Source: Nemertoderma westbladi
Lineage: Eukaryota; Animalia; Xenacoelomorpha
Assembly: GCA_032718475.1 (NCBI GenBank)
Contig: JAUCBJ010008256.1
Location: 1 to 57,404 of the forward strand
DNA: 57,404 nucleotides
Direction of reading: 5' to 3'
Made by a program: the position numbers and the translations under genes. Positions 11,301-21,296 of this stretch are shown piece by piece (positions within the stretch are counted from its first letter, which is position 1; every line of letters begins with the position of its first letter). The notes beneath the pieces are model-generated. The model ran no database searches, was not told the origin of the DNA, and worked only from the letters and a program-made list of their open reading frames with translations.

Positions 11301-11618
11301 TCTTTCCTTATAGTTTCGGGACTTCTGACGTCTCATTTCTTCCTCTTCATCGCTTGACTCAGTGTCAGTCCTTAGCGCTCGCGATGGTTTGCGCGCCGAG
11401 GCCCTGACCCAAGCTTCTTCAATAAATCTTTCTGCCGAATTTTCGAAATTGGGATTATGGATATTCGGGACAGGCGTCCTTACCTGAGGTCTATGTGGTA
11501 TAGTCTCCTCCGATATGCGTACTCGTTGACTAGGCTGGACTTTATCTAACTCAGGCCTGCTAGGATTAGAATTACTTCTTACCTGGGCTGCTTCCTTTAA
11601 CCGTAGGTTGCTAAGCAT
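5313..11618 (-). CDS. pol: BEL/Pao Gag(core)-Pol polyprotein, 2101 aa
   Basis: Three Zn knuckles (CQYC..H..C, CWAC..H..C, CMEC..HHKLLH); protease LDTAS; RT (YLPHH, DIEAMF, FYMDD); Pao RNase H (FSDAS, RAELQA, WTDAS); integrase (H..H..CLVC, DCFGP, SDKGTNF, WERLVRSVK). Confidence 0.96.
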   Translation of the reverse strand: MLSNLRLKEAAQVRSNSNPSRPELDKVQPSQRVRISEETIPHRPQVRTPVPNIHNPNFENSAERFIEEAWVRASARKPSRALRTDTESSDEEEEMRRQKSRNYKERRTDAEQVSWNHRERTRLNNPAELNHLLTRNDATLRDIGKFAARQGLPTQQPQKFMGNHKHWRTFKTYVDEQLTNSTFTPNEKFNYLLQMLHREPRAIADNFVGNERAFELAMKTLSDIYGNKTKMAQSIVEDLGKGGRITTPLELLNLANAISNALDILRTVNLPHHGDHAEVLKSVIRRLNMRYRQKWRKLENKLEGQGKVLTLQHIHDMIATDAVAEMKSNFSEENMRESKPVTGKSMVSFDDDRTTVTFNSVDRYNSNTPAFRSDSRVWSGERLDRPRLKQQELPDGFVGCQYCLLKEVRSDDHKLDSCRRFKELNSEQRRVQVRTLDTCWACLAPGHVRRQCPNSKDGCMECGRLHHKLLHADFHTPTDRYLQRNPHRKGSKEPISIRRNTYTGIQDDGYQPGSSDEDGESSAREVTCQGFTADSSSTSARTYLSSATSEIFSVIPVKLTGDKGSKRIYVMLDTASTLSYIDEEVARAVSSFQDAEEIQIELKSMHGVGDLKGHRISVDLDSLLPRDQHTRQERKALPLDGFKCLAMKGFGRQLGKVPPMSPIAQEYFDKLRIPRHQVGYRNVSMLIGAEQLIAHQIWETRPAEPHVNGPHAHRTILGWYTRVPMSYEFTGGDKPTNRYDELQPIIQPPLVEPPDIDEFRRTCIDHYSDFSESDEELIPDNVRLSEPLHNDRTDSEPEDYCYQTRGSGSTVHATYLTNVLTYTDIVEGQVAKYRDLDIFQYSEEELQKELIRQDLETGARTVEWLDRDAMEPGGYDLAMSTDEKRSLEMMEDTIRLLPTGHFEVGMLWRRQPPKLENNYNLALKRLNGVRARLLKNPDIREKYCAQINNYFAKGFAGKVEDPDLVTDQTYYLPHHYVTHPDKPDKVRVVNDCAAVYRGMSLNSELMDGPNLNNYLIGILLRFRQRRFAFTCDIEAMFHQVRACKADQDSLRFLWYENEDLSGPVVTYQMYVRIFGARDSPNGTLFVLKKTATAQIGKYPVEVIESILRNFYMDDGLVSKDTAEQAIEVAHGLQECLATGGFPLTKFTTNSEALLESFPVKDRGSGDIELGVEPIPMARVLGLAWNPNSDKFQVRVRFEPSRPDKVLTKRICLSTLSRLFDPMNFISPVILQARACMRKIWLSDVEWDEPISPIHAKQWREWEAELHLLKNIDVPRSYFPNQLVFPADLELHLFSDASDTGFGMVAYLRREVSQDKFETAFVTSRSKTMPVKYMTVPRAELQAAVVSVEVSKQITEELDTTLTLFYWTDASLVLVYIAADNIALKTFVANRRAQIVDFSTKEQWRHCPGVLNPADITSRGAMPAEFCQEESQEFWLHGPDFLTRTQEHWPERLKIVTNPMPEDAEVKVEKVSKSKSKAKLKSLERPEESLERPEESLERPGDLSDLQTYVTTRSGRVSYDIKPPLQTKPESQLVSDGQKMTDTMESLVSKPAGLDSKLPLTSGQPSLALESCSIYDKLLNSSASWLTICKRTAWLSRYVSYLCLKHSKHLREPLSTNSERIRKLKQPLTEDEIDQAELKHLKHYQMCAFPKEFHLLSAQRPVLYKPLRKWSPLIHKGLICHRSRIQTVDINSQFRFPVIIPSHPIELQRAILWDIHKRLHHAGRLHCLSAARQRFILLQPSRAVGTMYDACLVCKRVNARVLEQEMAELPEARVQAYDPPFTNTGVDCFGPIEAKSGRLTHKRWGLLLTCMASRAIHIERVADMSTKSLLLALKRFMARRGLVKAFYSDKGTNFVGGNSELNAAHKAAQNKEISAALLPQRVEWRFNTPESPWRGGSWERLVRSVKQAIAKTLPVNKQLTDDELVTAFIEIEHTLNSRPIAMLPDGVALTPNHLLMQSPAFLVPASEPISADLYSRKSWKVTQFVAYTFWEYWREYYLPTISTRTKWYKTVRSLQRGDYVLITEPIVKRKYWETGVILHTHPDVQNIVRTVTVKIRCKCPHPKKCKTNGLHTLDRPVQDIVLLEETRIETGDYNLSPASKQN

Positions 11619-11786
11619 GTCCGTTATAGGTTGGATGTGCGGCGATATAGCTTGCGCTAAACTAGCACTTAACTCATCCCTCGTAATAAATTCCTGGCTA
11701 GGGTTCTGTTGTATAGTCGGCTCTATCTGAGTAATCCGCTGTCTCTCATATGATCCCTCTTCCGGTTTAACCCGGAAGTTCTCCGT

Positions 11787-13628
11787 CTAACTGGGTCGGC
11801 GCTCAGTCCGCGTATTCCAAACCCGCGGGTTCGGTTCGCCAAGTACTCGTCCCGTCGGAGTTTCTCTAAACTCTTCATTCTCTCGTTCGGTGTATAGTGG
11901 TGCGGTGTTCCGATGACGTAGATCCTGCGCGATAGGTGAAGCACTAATACCAACTGGCGTGCGATATGTAGAGAATGGTTTAGCGATCCGTGTACTCGTA
12001 ATAGCTGGACCGGGTATAGGAATTCTGGTCGTCGTCGACTCGCGTATAGTCGGAGTTCTCGCTTCCTGTTCAGCCTTCTGCAGTGCGAACAGTTCTCGCA
12101 ACTCTGTCCCTACACTCGCCCCACATTCTTCGATCATTCGCATCCCCTTCTCGGCGATTTCATTCGCCTTCCTAGTCCGTTCTTCGCTCTCTAAACTTAA
12201 TCTCGCACTTTCCAACTGCGCCAGTTTACGTTCTTCTTCTTCCCTCGCTCGTCTCGCTGCGCTCTCTTCTTCCACACGCGCCTTTTCTTCATACAACGCT
12301 TGTCGCTCTTTCTCGATCTCGAGTTCGCGTTCCTTACGTTCGCGTTCAAGTTGGAATTCGCGTTTCTTCGCTTCCCGTTCGCGTTCAAGTCGGAGTTCGC
12401 GTTCTTTCTGTTCGCGTTCTTTCTGTTCTCGTTCAAGTTGGAGTTCGCGTTCCTTCTGTTCGCGTTCCGCTTGCTCACGCTTACCTTTCTCTTCCAACTC
12501 CCGCAACTTTGCGTCTAACTTACGTGTTCGCTCCCTTTCCCGCTCGGCTTCCTTCCGTGCTTCCGATGCACGCAAAACTTCTGCCTGTTGTTCGTCCAGT
12601 CGGCGTCTTCTCTCCTCCGCCGAGTTGTGAGAAACAAGGGATCTAGCACATATAACCTTCCCTCGCGCGTGACTAACCTGGGAATCGCCGCTGTCTCTGG
12701 ATGCATCGTCGGGTGGAGTCAACGTCCTCTGTTGGATGTTCTCCGTCGTCGGTAGCACCTGGCCCGGTACCACCACTCCATTCTGCATCAGCCAGCTAGT
12801 AACTTCCCTTTGATACCGGCGCTCTTCTTTATCTTGGATCTCTTCCCGCTCCACTAAGTCTCTCAACTCTGCGTCACTCACTTGAGTCGCCTGCGCTTGT
12901 GATGCCCATAGCAGCCAGTTCTCCGTCCTAACTCGTCGGAATCGCTCCGATAACTCGCGGTGCTCCAACAAGGCTGCTAAAACCCTGTCGTAAATCCTCG
13001 TCGCCACGTCGCTCGACTGAGACTCTACTGCCTTCTTCGCTAGGACTGCAAGCTCCTCCGTCTGCTTGAATAACGCTGAGTTATATCCTCTTCTAATCTC
13101 TACTAACCCTTCCCTGTCGATGTTCGCTGAATCGGCCAACATCTTCCTTACCTTGTCCGTCGTCCGAGTTATATGTCCGGCATGCGCGCGAAGTTTCTTC
13201 TTTATCGCAATGTCTAGTTCTCTCTCGCTTACCTGACTCACACTCGGTGGACTTGAAGGATTATTTCGGGAACTACGGGTACTCCTAACAGCCGCTGGGA
13301 CCACGGCACTTACCATACCCACAGGTCTGGAAACCGGGCTCCGGGCTCTCGCTTCTGCTACACTACCCTCCCTATCACTCACCTCTGTCCGGGTTGCTGT
13401 ACAATCCTTCCTTACAGTAGCGGTAGGGGATCCTAATACTATTACCTGAGGTAGTTCTTCTTCCTCACTAGTCACTGTCTCGTCCTCCTGTTCACTTACG
13501 TCAGCGTCGCTCGCTGCGTCGTCATAGTCGGCATTGTCGTCAACAGTAATATTTACGCTATCGTCAGTCGGCGGTCCGGCCGCCGTCTCATAGCTGTCCT
13601 CTAGTGCCTCTTTGTCTGAGACACTCAT
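11787..13628 (-). CDS. gag: N-terminal Gag portion of element A (613 aa, acidic N-terminus, E/R-rich coiled coil)
   Basis: Same frame as 5313-11618. I translated 11786-11619 by hand and it is open, so only the TAG at 11789-11787 separates the two ORFs. Confidence 0.85.
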   Translation of the reverse strand: MSVSDKEALEDSYETAAGPPTDDSVNITVDDNADYDDAASDADVSEQEDETVTSEEEELPQVIVLGSPTATVRKDCTATRTEVSDREGSVAEARARSPVSRPVGMVSAVVPAAVRSTRSSRNNPSSPPSVSQVSERELDIAIKKKLRAHAGHITRTTDKVRKMLADSANIDREGLVEIRRGYNSALFKQTEELAVLAKKAVESQSSDVATRIYDRVLAALLEHRELSERFRRVRTENWLLWASQAQATQVSDAELRDLVEREEIQDKEERRYQREVTSWLMQNGVVVPGQVLPTTENIQQRTLTPPDDASRDSGDSQVSHARGKVICARSLVSHNSAEERRRRLDEQQAEVLRASEARKEAERERERTRKLDAKLRELEEKGKREQAEREQKERELQLEREQKEREQKERELRLEREREAKKREFQLERERKERELEIEKERQALYEEKARVEEESAARRAREEEERKLAQLESARLSLESEERTRKANEIAEKGMRMIEECGASVGTELRELFALQKAEQEARTPTIRESTTTRIPIPGPAITSTRIAKPFSTYRTPVGISASPIAQDLRHRNTAPLYTERENEEFRETPTGRVLGEPNPRVWNTRTERRPS

Positions 13629-14701
13629 AGTCTAAATAATGTTTTGCCTTCCGGCAAAATATCTCGCAAAGTTCGAGATATAATTATAATTTAACCGAAA
13701 ATACGGTCAAATTATTTGTCAAATAATCAGTTGGTCCAAAATGTCAAAATAAATTCGCAATGCAATATTGTGAATTTAATGGGGTATATAGTTATAGCAA
13801 ATACTAGCACAATATTTAAACAAAATATTATTATATAGCTACTATATAATATTAAATACCGGTATAGCACAAAATAACCTTGAATCTAATACAAAATATT
13901 CAAAATAAACTTGCCACCCGAATATTTCTAATTTTATATATAGCTCTAATCAACGTAATTTTAATTTCAAATATTATATGTATCCACTAGCGCGTGGCTA
14001 CATCTTCGGGTTGCGACTCTCTCTAACTCTCTCTCTAACTTGAGCGATTCAAAAAACCATGGCCGGCTAAACCTAAATATCCTAACTAATAAATTGAGTT
14101 CAGCTTCGCAGTTAAACAACCGATAATTTTTTACTGCTTCCACAAACACACTGGTGCCAACAGAACAACTAACCTTGTTTGCTGTGAGATTCCACGTCCG
14201 CGTCCAAAGATTCAGGCCCTTCGCTGATTGCAAACCGAACCCGCAGACCCACACGAACCCCAAACTCAGAAGTTCCGTCTTGCCATGTATCTCCAGATGG
14301 TATAAAAAAACTAAGCGGTTACCTAACATACCGGTACAAAACTCTAGAATTTTACAAATAATTTTGACCGAAACTGAATTCTCGCAAACCTAGCTAAAAT
14401 TTTCAAAAACTTACTAATTACAATTTGCCCTAAGGCCTAAGGAACTGCTGTATTCGCAATTAGTAAAAACGCACTACCGTACATCCACTGTATGCAGTAC
14501 AGTAAGTAAAACAGTACACCAACCTAACAGCCTAATGATACTGTGTGTGTGGTACGGCAAACAAATGTCCTTCTACCGTACGCAGTAACAGCAATCAGCC
14601 TAATGTACTACTGTACTATTGTACGCGACCAGTGAATACAGTAATCTAAACTAACAGCCTAAGAATACACTATTGACCGCTGCAAGCAACAGCCAATAAA
14701 A

Positions 14702-14717
14702 ACATACCTTACTGTTA
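14702..14717 (-). promoter_or_regulatory. Original 5' LTR/leader junction of element A; non-canonical PBS position GTAAGGTATGT
   Basis: Minus strand reads TAACA|GTAAGGTATGT. The inverted LTR copy ends the same way (TTTAACA|GTAAGGTATG at 20124-20140). Confidence 0.75.
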
Positions 14718-14744
14718 CGAAGTATCAGTACCAGTATCAGTATC

Positions 14745-16303
14745 ATTTCCGAATTCGCTCACTATTGGTGCTCAATGGTTCTCTCAAATGTTTCGAATGT
14801 TTTAAACAAAGGTACGAAACGTATCGGCTTAACCACGCAGTTCTTTTACAAATTGTCAGCCAAGAGGCAGACGAATTTAGTAATTTGTCATAAATAATGC
14901 ATGACTCTAATGCCAGCGACGGTTGTCCGCTAGTTAATGGAAGTTTCGAATCCAAACCCGCAGGTTTGGAAACCAAAGACTCCATTGTGTCGGTCATTTT
15001 CTGTCCGTCACTTACCAATTGTGACTCCGGTTTAGTCTGTAAGGGTGGTTTTATGTCATAACTTACCCTTCCTGACCTAGTAGTCACGTAAGTCTGTAGG
15101 TCTGACAGGTCTCCGGGCCGCTCCAATGACTCTTCAGGCCGCTCCAATGACTCTTCAGGCCGCTCCAATGACTTAAGTTTGGCTTTAGACTTCGACTTAG
15201 AGACTTTCTCCACCTTGACTTCTGCATCTTCAGGCATCGGATTGGTCACTATCTTTAGTCGCTCTGGCCAATGTTCCTGTGTCCTCGTTAGAAAATCAGG
15301 TCCATGCAACCAAAACTCCTGCGACTCTTCCTGACAGAATTCCGCCGGCATTGCACCTCTCGAAGTTATGTCGGCCGGGTTCAACACTCCCGGACAATGT
15401 CTCCATTGTTCCTTCGTCGAAAAGTCAATGATCTGAGCGCGTCTGTTGGCCACAAATGTCTTTAGTGCAATATTGTCGTCCGCAATGTATACTAACACCA
15501 AGGATGCGTCCGTCCAATAAAATAAGGTCAATGTCGTGTCTAATTCCTCAGTTATTTGCTTACTTACCTCGACTGAAACCACAGCCGCCTGTAACTCTGC
15601 ACGAGGGACAGTCATGTATTTGACCGGCATTGTCTTTGATCTAGAAGTCACAAAAGCCGTCTCAAACTTGTCCTGACTTACCTCTCGGCGAAGGTAGGCT
15701 ACCATACCAAAGCCGGTGTCACTTGCGTCACTAAATAGGTGGAGCTCTAAATCAGCTGGGAATACCAGCTGATTCGGAAAGTAGGAACGGGGTACATCTA
15801 TGTTTTTCAATAGATGTAACTCGGCTTCCCACTCCCTCCACTGCTTTGCATGTATAGGAGATATTGGTTCGTCCCACTCTACGTCGGACAACCAAATTTT
15901 CCTCATGCACGCTCGTGCCTGTAATATTACCGGACTGATAAAGTTCATCGGGTCAAATAGTCTACTTAATGTCGATAAGCAAATTCTCTTTGTCAAAACT
16001 TTGTCTGGGCGACTGGGCTCAAATCTAACTCTTACCTGGAACTTATCCGAGTTCGGATTCCAAGCGAGTCCCAGTACTCGCGCCATGGGGATTGGTTCTA
16101 CCCCCAATTCTATGTCTCCGCTCCCGCGATCTTTTACCGGGAACGATTCTAATAGGGCCTCCGAATTAGTAGTGAACTTGGTCAGAGGAAATCCCCCTGT
16201 AGCCAAGCACTCTTGCAGGCCGTGAGCCACTTCTATGGCTTGTTCCGCTGTGTCCTTGGACACCAATCCGTCGTCCATATAGAAGTTTCTCAAGATGGAC
16301 TCG
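14745..16303 (-). pseudogene. Duplicated pol segment (RT C-terminus to RNase H), copy of 6752-8310
   Basis: Near-identical at constant offset 7993; gives the 516-aa ORF. Confidence 0.95.
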
Positions 16304-17531
16304 GTGGAGAGGGCCCTTTCCCTGCAAGAAAACCGGCGCGGTAGCTACCAAGATAAAGCGCCGTCCCAGATTGTGAGAACCCTATACCCATGACCTAGGC
16401 ACATTGTAGTACATCTCAGCAACTGCCCAGACGATTTTCTTGAAATTTGCACACGACCTGCGCCGCGGTTCCATATAACCCTGTACCAAATTTCAAATAA
16501 ATTCATAAATTAGGGGCCGAGTGAGAATGTTTTAAAGTTATTAAAAATTAATAAAAACTATTAGAAATAAATCTTGCCGATATCTGATTGGGAAGAGCAC
16601 CGAGGCAGTTCGCTGGTAGAATTAATTCAGAGTTGGCTTGGCAACCACAGTAGGTAGGTAGAGCTGCTAGTATGCAGTTATCTCAGTAGTAATATGGCCG
16701 CCATCTAATGTGTACTATTTATAGACAATTTGATTTAATGATAACCTCAGTGTCTGACTACTGGGGTTGTTTAATGACAGATGTTATACTATAGCCAGTC
16801 TGCCCAGCAATACACATATCCATTATATGAACAATGTTTACAGTTAATCTATTGAATGGGGCTAATCAGTAGTGGGTAAATAATGCGAATTATAATTGTA
16901 GTGGCAAGCAGTATATATGCACACTCTAGTCCAAAATCAGTCGATCTCAGGAACTGCAGATACGATTTTTTTTAAATTTGCACACAATATGAAGGGGGGT
17001 ACCAGAAATACGTGTACCAAATTTCAAGTAAATTGATCAATTTACTAATATATTTATAATTAAAAAGGTAATAAATTTCGCTCTTTAAGAAAACTATAGG
17101 TCCTATGGGAAAGTGATGAAATTCAAAGTTGTAGATAATCATCCGCGTAGCCCATCGGTGGAATAAAATTTTCACTTTATTTATAACTAATATACTTATA
17201 ATTAGAAAGGTTATAAATTTCACTATTTAAGTAAATAATCCGAAATGTTTATTTCTGAAATGTTTAATTGGACAATGCGAATTCGAATCTACCAATTATT
17301 TTTTGGAACGATTAGAAGACCACCAGGACTACATGTTTAGATTATGATTTCTTTGTTCCAGAACGTTGTTACAGGGTGGGTGGGCAATTTGGTGCAAGTG
17401 AATATTTACAGTTCATTTATTTAGCTCAAAATGCTTAGAATTCTCAAGTTGTTTACATTGATATCACAATTTTGAAAGAAATATTCATCAAGAAGGTCAA
17501 AACTGAAGCCATTCTCGGACGTCCGCTCTTG
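16304..17531. mobile_element. 1228-bp non-coding insertion, Helentron/HINE-like
   Basis: Interrupts the duplicated pol between equivalents of 8310 and 8311 with no clear TSD. Two copies of AAATTTGCACAC..TGTACCAAATTTCAA (~16443, ~16974); terminal palindrome CGGACGTCCG followed by CTCTTG. The family call is inference. Confidence 0.55.
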
Positions 17532-18850
17532 ATTACTTCTACTGGGTACTTACCAATCTGGGCTGTTGCCGTTTTCTTTAGCACAAACAGCGTGCCATTC
17601 GGACTATCGCGGGCGCCAAATATCCTAACGTACATCTGGTATGTAACCACTGGGCCGGATAAGTCTTCATTCTCGTACCAGAGAAATCGAAGGCTATCCT
17701 GGTCTGCCTTACAGGCTCTTACCTGGTGGAACATCGCCTCGATGTCACAAGTAAATGCGAATCGCCGCTGTCTAAAACGCAACAGTATTCCTATCAAATA
17801 ATTGTTCAGGTTGGGACCATCCATCAACTCTGAATTCAGGGACATACCTCTATAGACTGCTGCGCAGTCGTTGACTACTCGGACTTTGTCTGGCTTGTCA
17901 GGGTGAGTCACATAGTGGTGTGGAAGGTAATAAGTCTGGTCTGTCACTAAGTCAGGGTCCTCTACCTTCCCAGCAAATCCCTTGGCGAAATAGTTGTTGA
18001 TCTGGGCGCAATACTTCTCCCTAATGTCCGGATTCTTCAACAACCGAGCCCTTACTCCGTTTAATCTTTTCAAGGCTAAGTTATAGTTGTTCTCCAACTT
18101 AGGTGGTTGTCGACGCCACAACATTCCAACTTCAAAATGTCCAGTCGGTAGTAGACGTATGGTATCTTCCATCATTTCCAGCGACCGCTTCTCATCAGTA
18201 GACATGGCTAGGTCATATCCACCGGGTTCCATTGCGTCCCTATCCAGCCATTCGACGGTTCTGGCTCCTGTCTCGAGGTCCTGGCGTATCAATTCCTTCT
18301 GTAATTCCTCCTCACTGTATTGGAAAATGTCTAGGTCTCGATATTTAGCCACTTGACCCTCCACTATGTCTGTATAAGTCAAAACGTTAGTCAAATAGGT
18401 AGCGTGGACCATTGAACCAGACCCACGGGTCTGATAACAGTAGTCCTCGGGTTCACTATCTGTCCGGTCATTATGAAGTGGTTCCGACAACCTAACATTA
18501 TCGGGAATCAACTCCTCGTCCGACTCGCTAAAGTCACTATAGTGGTCAATACAGGTTCTCCTAAACTCGTCTATGTCTGGTGGTTCTACTAACGGTGGTT
18601 GAATTATAGGCTGTAATTCGTCGTATCTGTTTGTTGGCTTGTCGCCACCTGTAAACTCATAAGACATGGGTACTCGTGTATACCAACCTAGTATGGTCCT
18701 ATGGGCATGTGGTCCATTGACATGCGGCTCAGATGGTCTCGTTTCCCATATCTGGTGTGCGATCCGCTGTTCTGCACCAATCAACATAGAAACATTCCTA
18801 TAACCTACCTGGTGTCTGGGTATCCTGAGCTTGTCAAAATACTCCTGTGC
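17532..18850 (-). pseudogene. Duplicated pol segment (protease tail to RT N-terminus), copy of 8311-9629
   Basis: Near-identical at constant offset 9221; gives most of the 444-aa ORF. Confidence 0.95.
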
Positions 18851-20140
18851 GGTGGGCTCATCGGGGGGTTAGCGACGAAGGGAGTGCGGAGGATTCAAAA
18901 GCGGGCAACGCTGGCGGGGGTCAACGTTGTGGTCGGGCAGTTTGGACTGTGGGTTGGAGACCGCTCGCCGGTACAGTAATTAGGGGGCTGATGATCCAAG
19001 GTTTTGTCTCTATTTAGTATTAGGGGGCAGGAATTGGGTTAGTTAGGAAGCCTAGATGTACCCGGGAGGGGCCTGCATACCTCACAGTAAGTAAGTAAGT
19101 AAGTAAGTAAGTTGCGAGTAAGTAGATTGCGAATTAGTCAATTGCGAATTATTATGTTGCGAATTATATAATTGCAGATTGTATAATTGCAAGTCGTGCT
19201 ATTGTGATCTGTGATTGCTGACGCTGATTGGTGTGTTACTAAAGTGTGCCTATGATTACGAATGCTTAGATAGGCGCTCTTTTCCCTTTGATTGATTCTA
19301 TCTCTTAGTTTACCGTAAATAATTACTGATTAGGTCAAAGTAATACAGTATTTTAGGCTGTTACATATTTGTGACTGTAATTAATTAGTAAAATTAAGAA
19401 TTAGTACGCAGCATAGCGGAGAGTAGCTAAGGTAATAATTTAGAGTACCGTAAACTATTCACGCTAAGCGGTTATTTGCATTAGCGGGCAATAAGCTAGA
19501 TCGCAGTAGTCAGTACGCAAGACACTAGTAAGTTGCTGGCCTAAAGCCAGCTGCAGGCAAGTTTAGACCCAGAGCGGTATCACCTACGAAAGACATTGTA
19601 CTGTACCAATTTTGATTATTTTAAATATTCTCGCATTCACACATTCCGTTAGGGAACCCTCAGTATTCGCGATTAGAAAAGACGTAAGCATTGGCGTATT
19701 TCAGTAGTAAAATTAGGCGTAAGAATATACTCTGAGTGCAAAGCCCCTCGCACTCGTCTTAAGTAAGCTTAGGGAGCCGACTCGGGTTTATTGTTTTGGT
19801 TATTCCCGCGTGGCTCATAGATTCGAACAGTTAGCTCTCTATCGAGCGATCGGTAGAGAAAGGAACAAGCGATTTTGCAGGAGTTGTGTAAATTTAGTAA
19901 AATATATTAGCGGACGGCAGATTAGCGCCATCCAACGGTAAGTAGCGGTTTTGTATTTAGCAACCCTTACAATTTAGTAATAGCACACTCCTGATCCCCT
20001 TTACTTAACAGTAGAGCAGTCTTTGTGTCTTATTGGTTAGGCGAGAGCTCATTAGGTTGGCAGAGAGGTATACGGGTATTTGTCTGTTCAACAGTTCTGC
20101 TGTTAGTATAGGTGTCGCGGTTGTTTAACAGTAAGGTATG
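18849..20140 (+). repeat. Inverted distal part of the 5' LTR of element A plus 10 nt of leader
   Basis: Reverse complement of 482-1771, followed by GTAAGGTATG, which matches the leader at 14712-14703. Confidence 0.92.
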
Positions 20141-20143
20141 CAC

Positions 20144-21156
20144 TATGCAGGCCCCTCCCGGGTACATCTAGGCTTCCTAACTAACCCAATTCCTGCCCCC
20201 TAATACTAAATAGAGACAAAACCTTGGATCATCAGCCCCCTAATTACTGTACCGGCGAGCGGTCTCCAACCCACAGTCCAAACTGCCCGACCACAACGTT
20301 GACCCCCGCCAGCGTTGCCCACTTTTGAATCCTCCGCACTCCCTTCGTCGCTAACCCCCCGATGAGCCCACCGCCCACTGGCACCTTAGCCCTCCATTAT
20401 GCTAATAGCTACCGTAGCTGCGCATGCAAATCACAAAGTCTGACAGTCTCAGAAATCCCTTAGGATTATTGCGCAGAAAGGAATCACATAGAACCATTAA
20501 TCAAAAGGTAGAAATCATAGTTCAGTTGTAATTAGCAGTAATAAGGAATTAATTGAGAAACACAATCAAAGATAATCGCACATGTGAGGTGATCATGTGA
20601 GGTTCTACCGGCACACCGCCAATTTATAGGTGATCCGGATGGGGTGATGCAATAGGGTGACGCAATCGCTCTCCTATTGGCTCTCCAGTCCGCGCTAGCA
20701 TTAGACCAACCTGGAAGCAGTTAATCCAATAAGGAGGCCGGATTGTAGCCCTATGCCCTCAAATTATTACCATATATAGTAATGGATCACGTCCCTGGCT
20801 GCTGAATGGCCAGGACGGCGTCCCTATATGCTAGCCCTATCAAACTAATATCAGCAAGCACAAAATCCAGGGTCCGAATAAACTCGCTACCCTGGAACTA
20901 TCTACATATATCCTAATACAAAATTACGTAGGTAGGGCTACATACTATACAAAATGGATGGACTCAAATATATGGGCGTTTTGATTTCCCTATCTAAATA
21001 CCACTGCGTTATTATGCCTTATCTAAAATATCACGCTGCACAATGGACTAATATTACGTACAGTATAACAGACTAATATTGCATACTGCACAACGGACTA
21101 ATATTGCATACTGCATGATGACTAATAATATGGATACAGCGCCATATACCGTAACA
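20144..21156 (-). repeat. Proximal ~1 kb of the 5' LTR of element A
   Basis: Direct match to 1541-2553; ends at the CCTAC TSD. Confidence 0.95.
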
Positions 21157-21296
21157 CCTACTGTATATATTTAAATAATATGTGCTTTTATAGGTCCTGC
21201 AGAACTACCCCAAATCCAGTAATTCAGACTTTTTGTTTACCATTCACAGTACCGGTATGTGAACAACGGACATAATTTATTTAAAATAATATTTAT

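Larger units (their letters stand above)
482..21156 (-). mobile_element. BEL/Pao LTR retrotransposon 'A' (20.7 kb, internally rearranged)
   Basis: Minus-strand ends TGTTA...TAACA; identical 5-bp flanks CCTAC at 477-481 and 21157-21161; LTR sequence at both ends; BEL-type gag-PR-RT-RH-IN inside. Confidence 0.95.

Noticed and set aside
5439-12630. Many short antisense or overlapping ORFs over gag-pol (likewise over B, ABCC and RTE)
   Set aside because: Shadow frames with no recognisable motifs.
18988-18994. CTGATGA as a hammerhead ribozyme core
   Set aside because: No suitably placed GAAA or stems II/III; the motif recurs only because the LTR is repeated.
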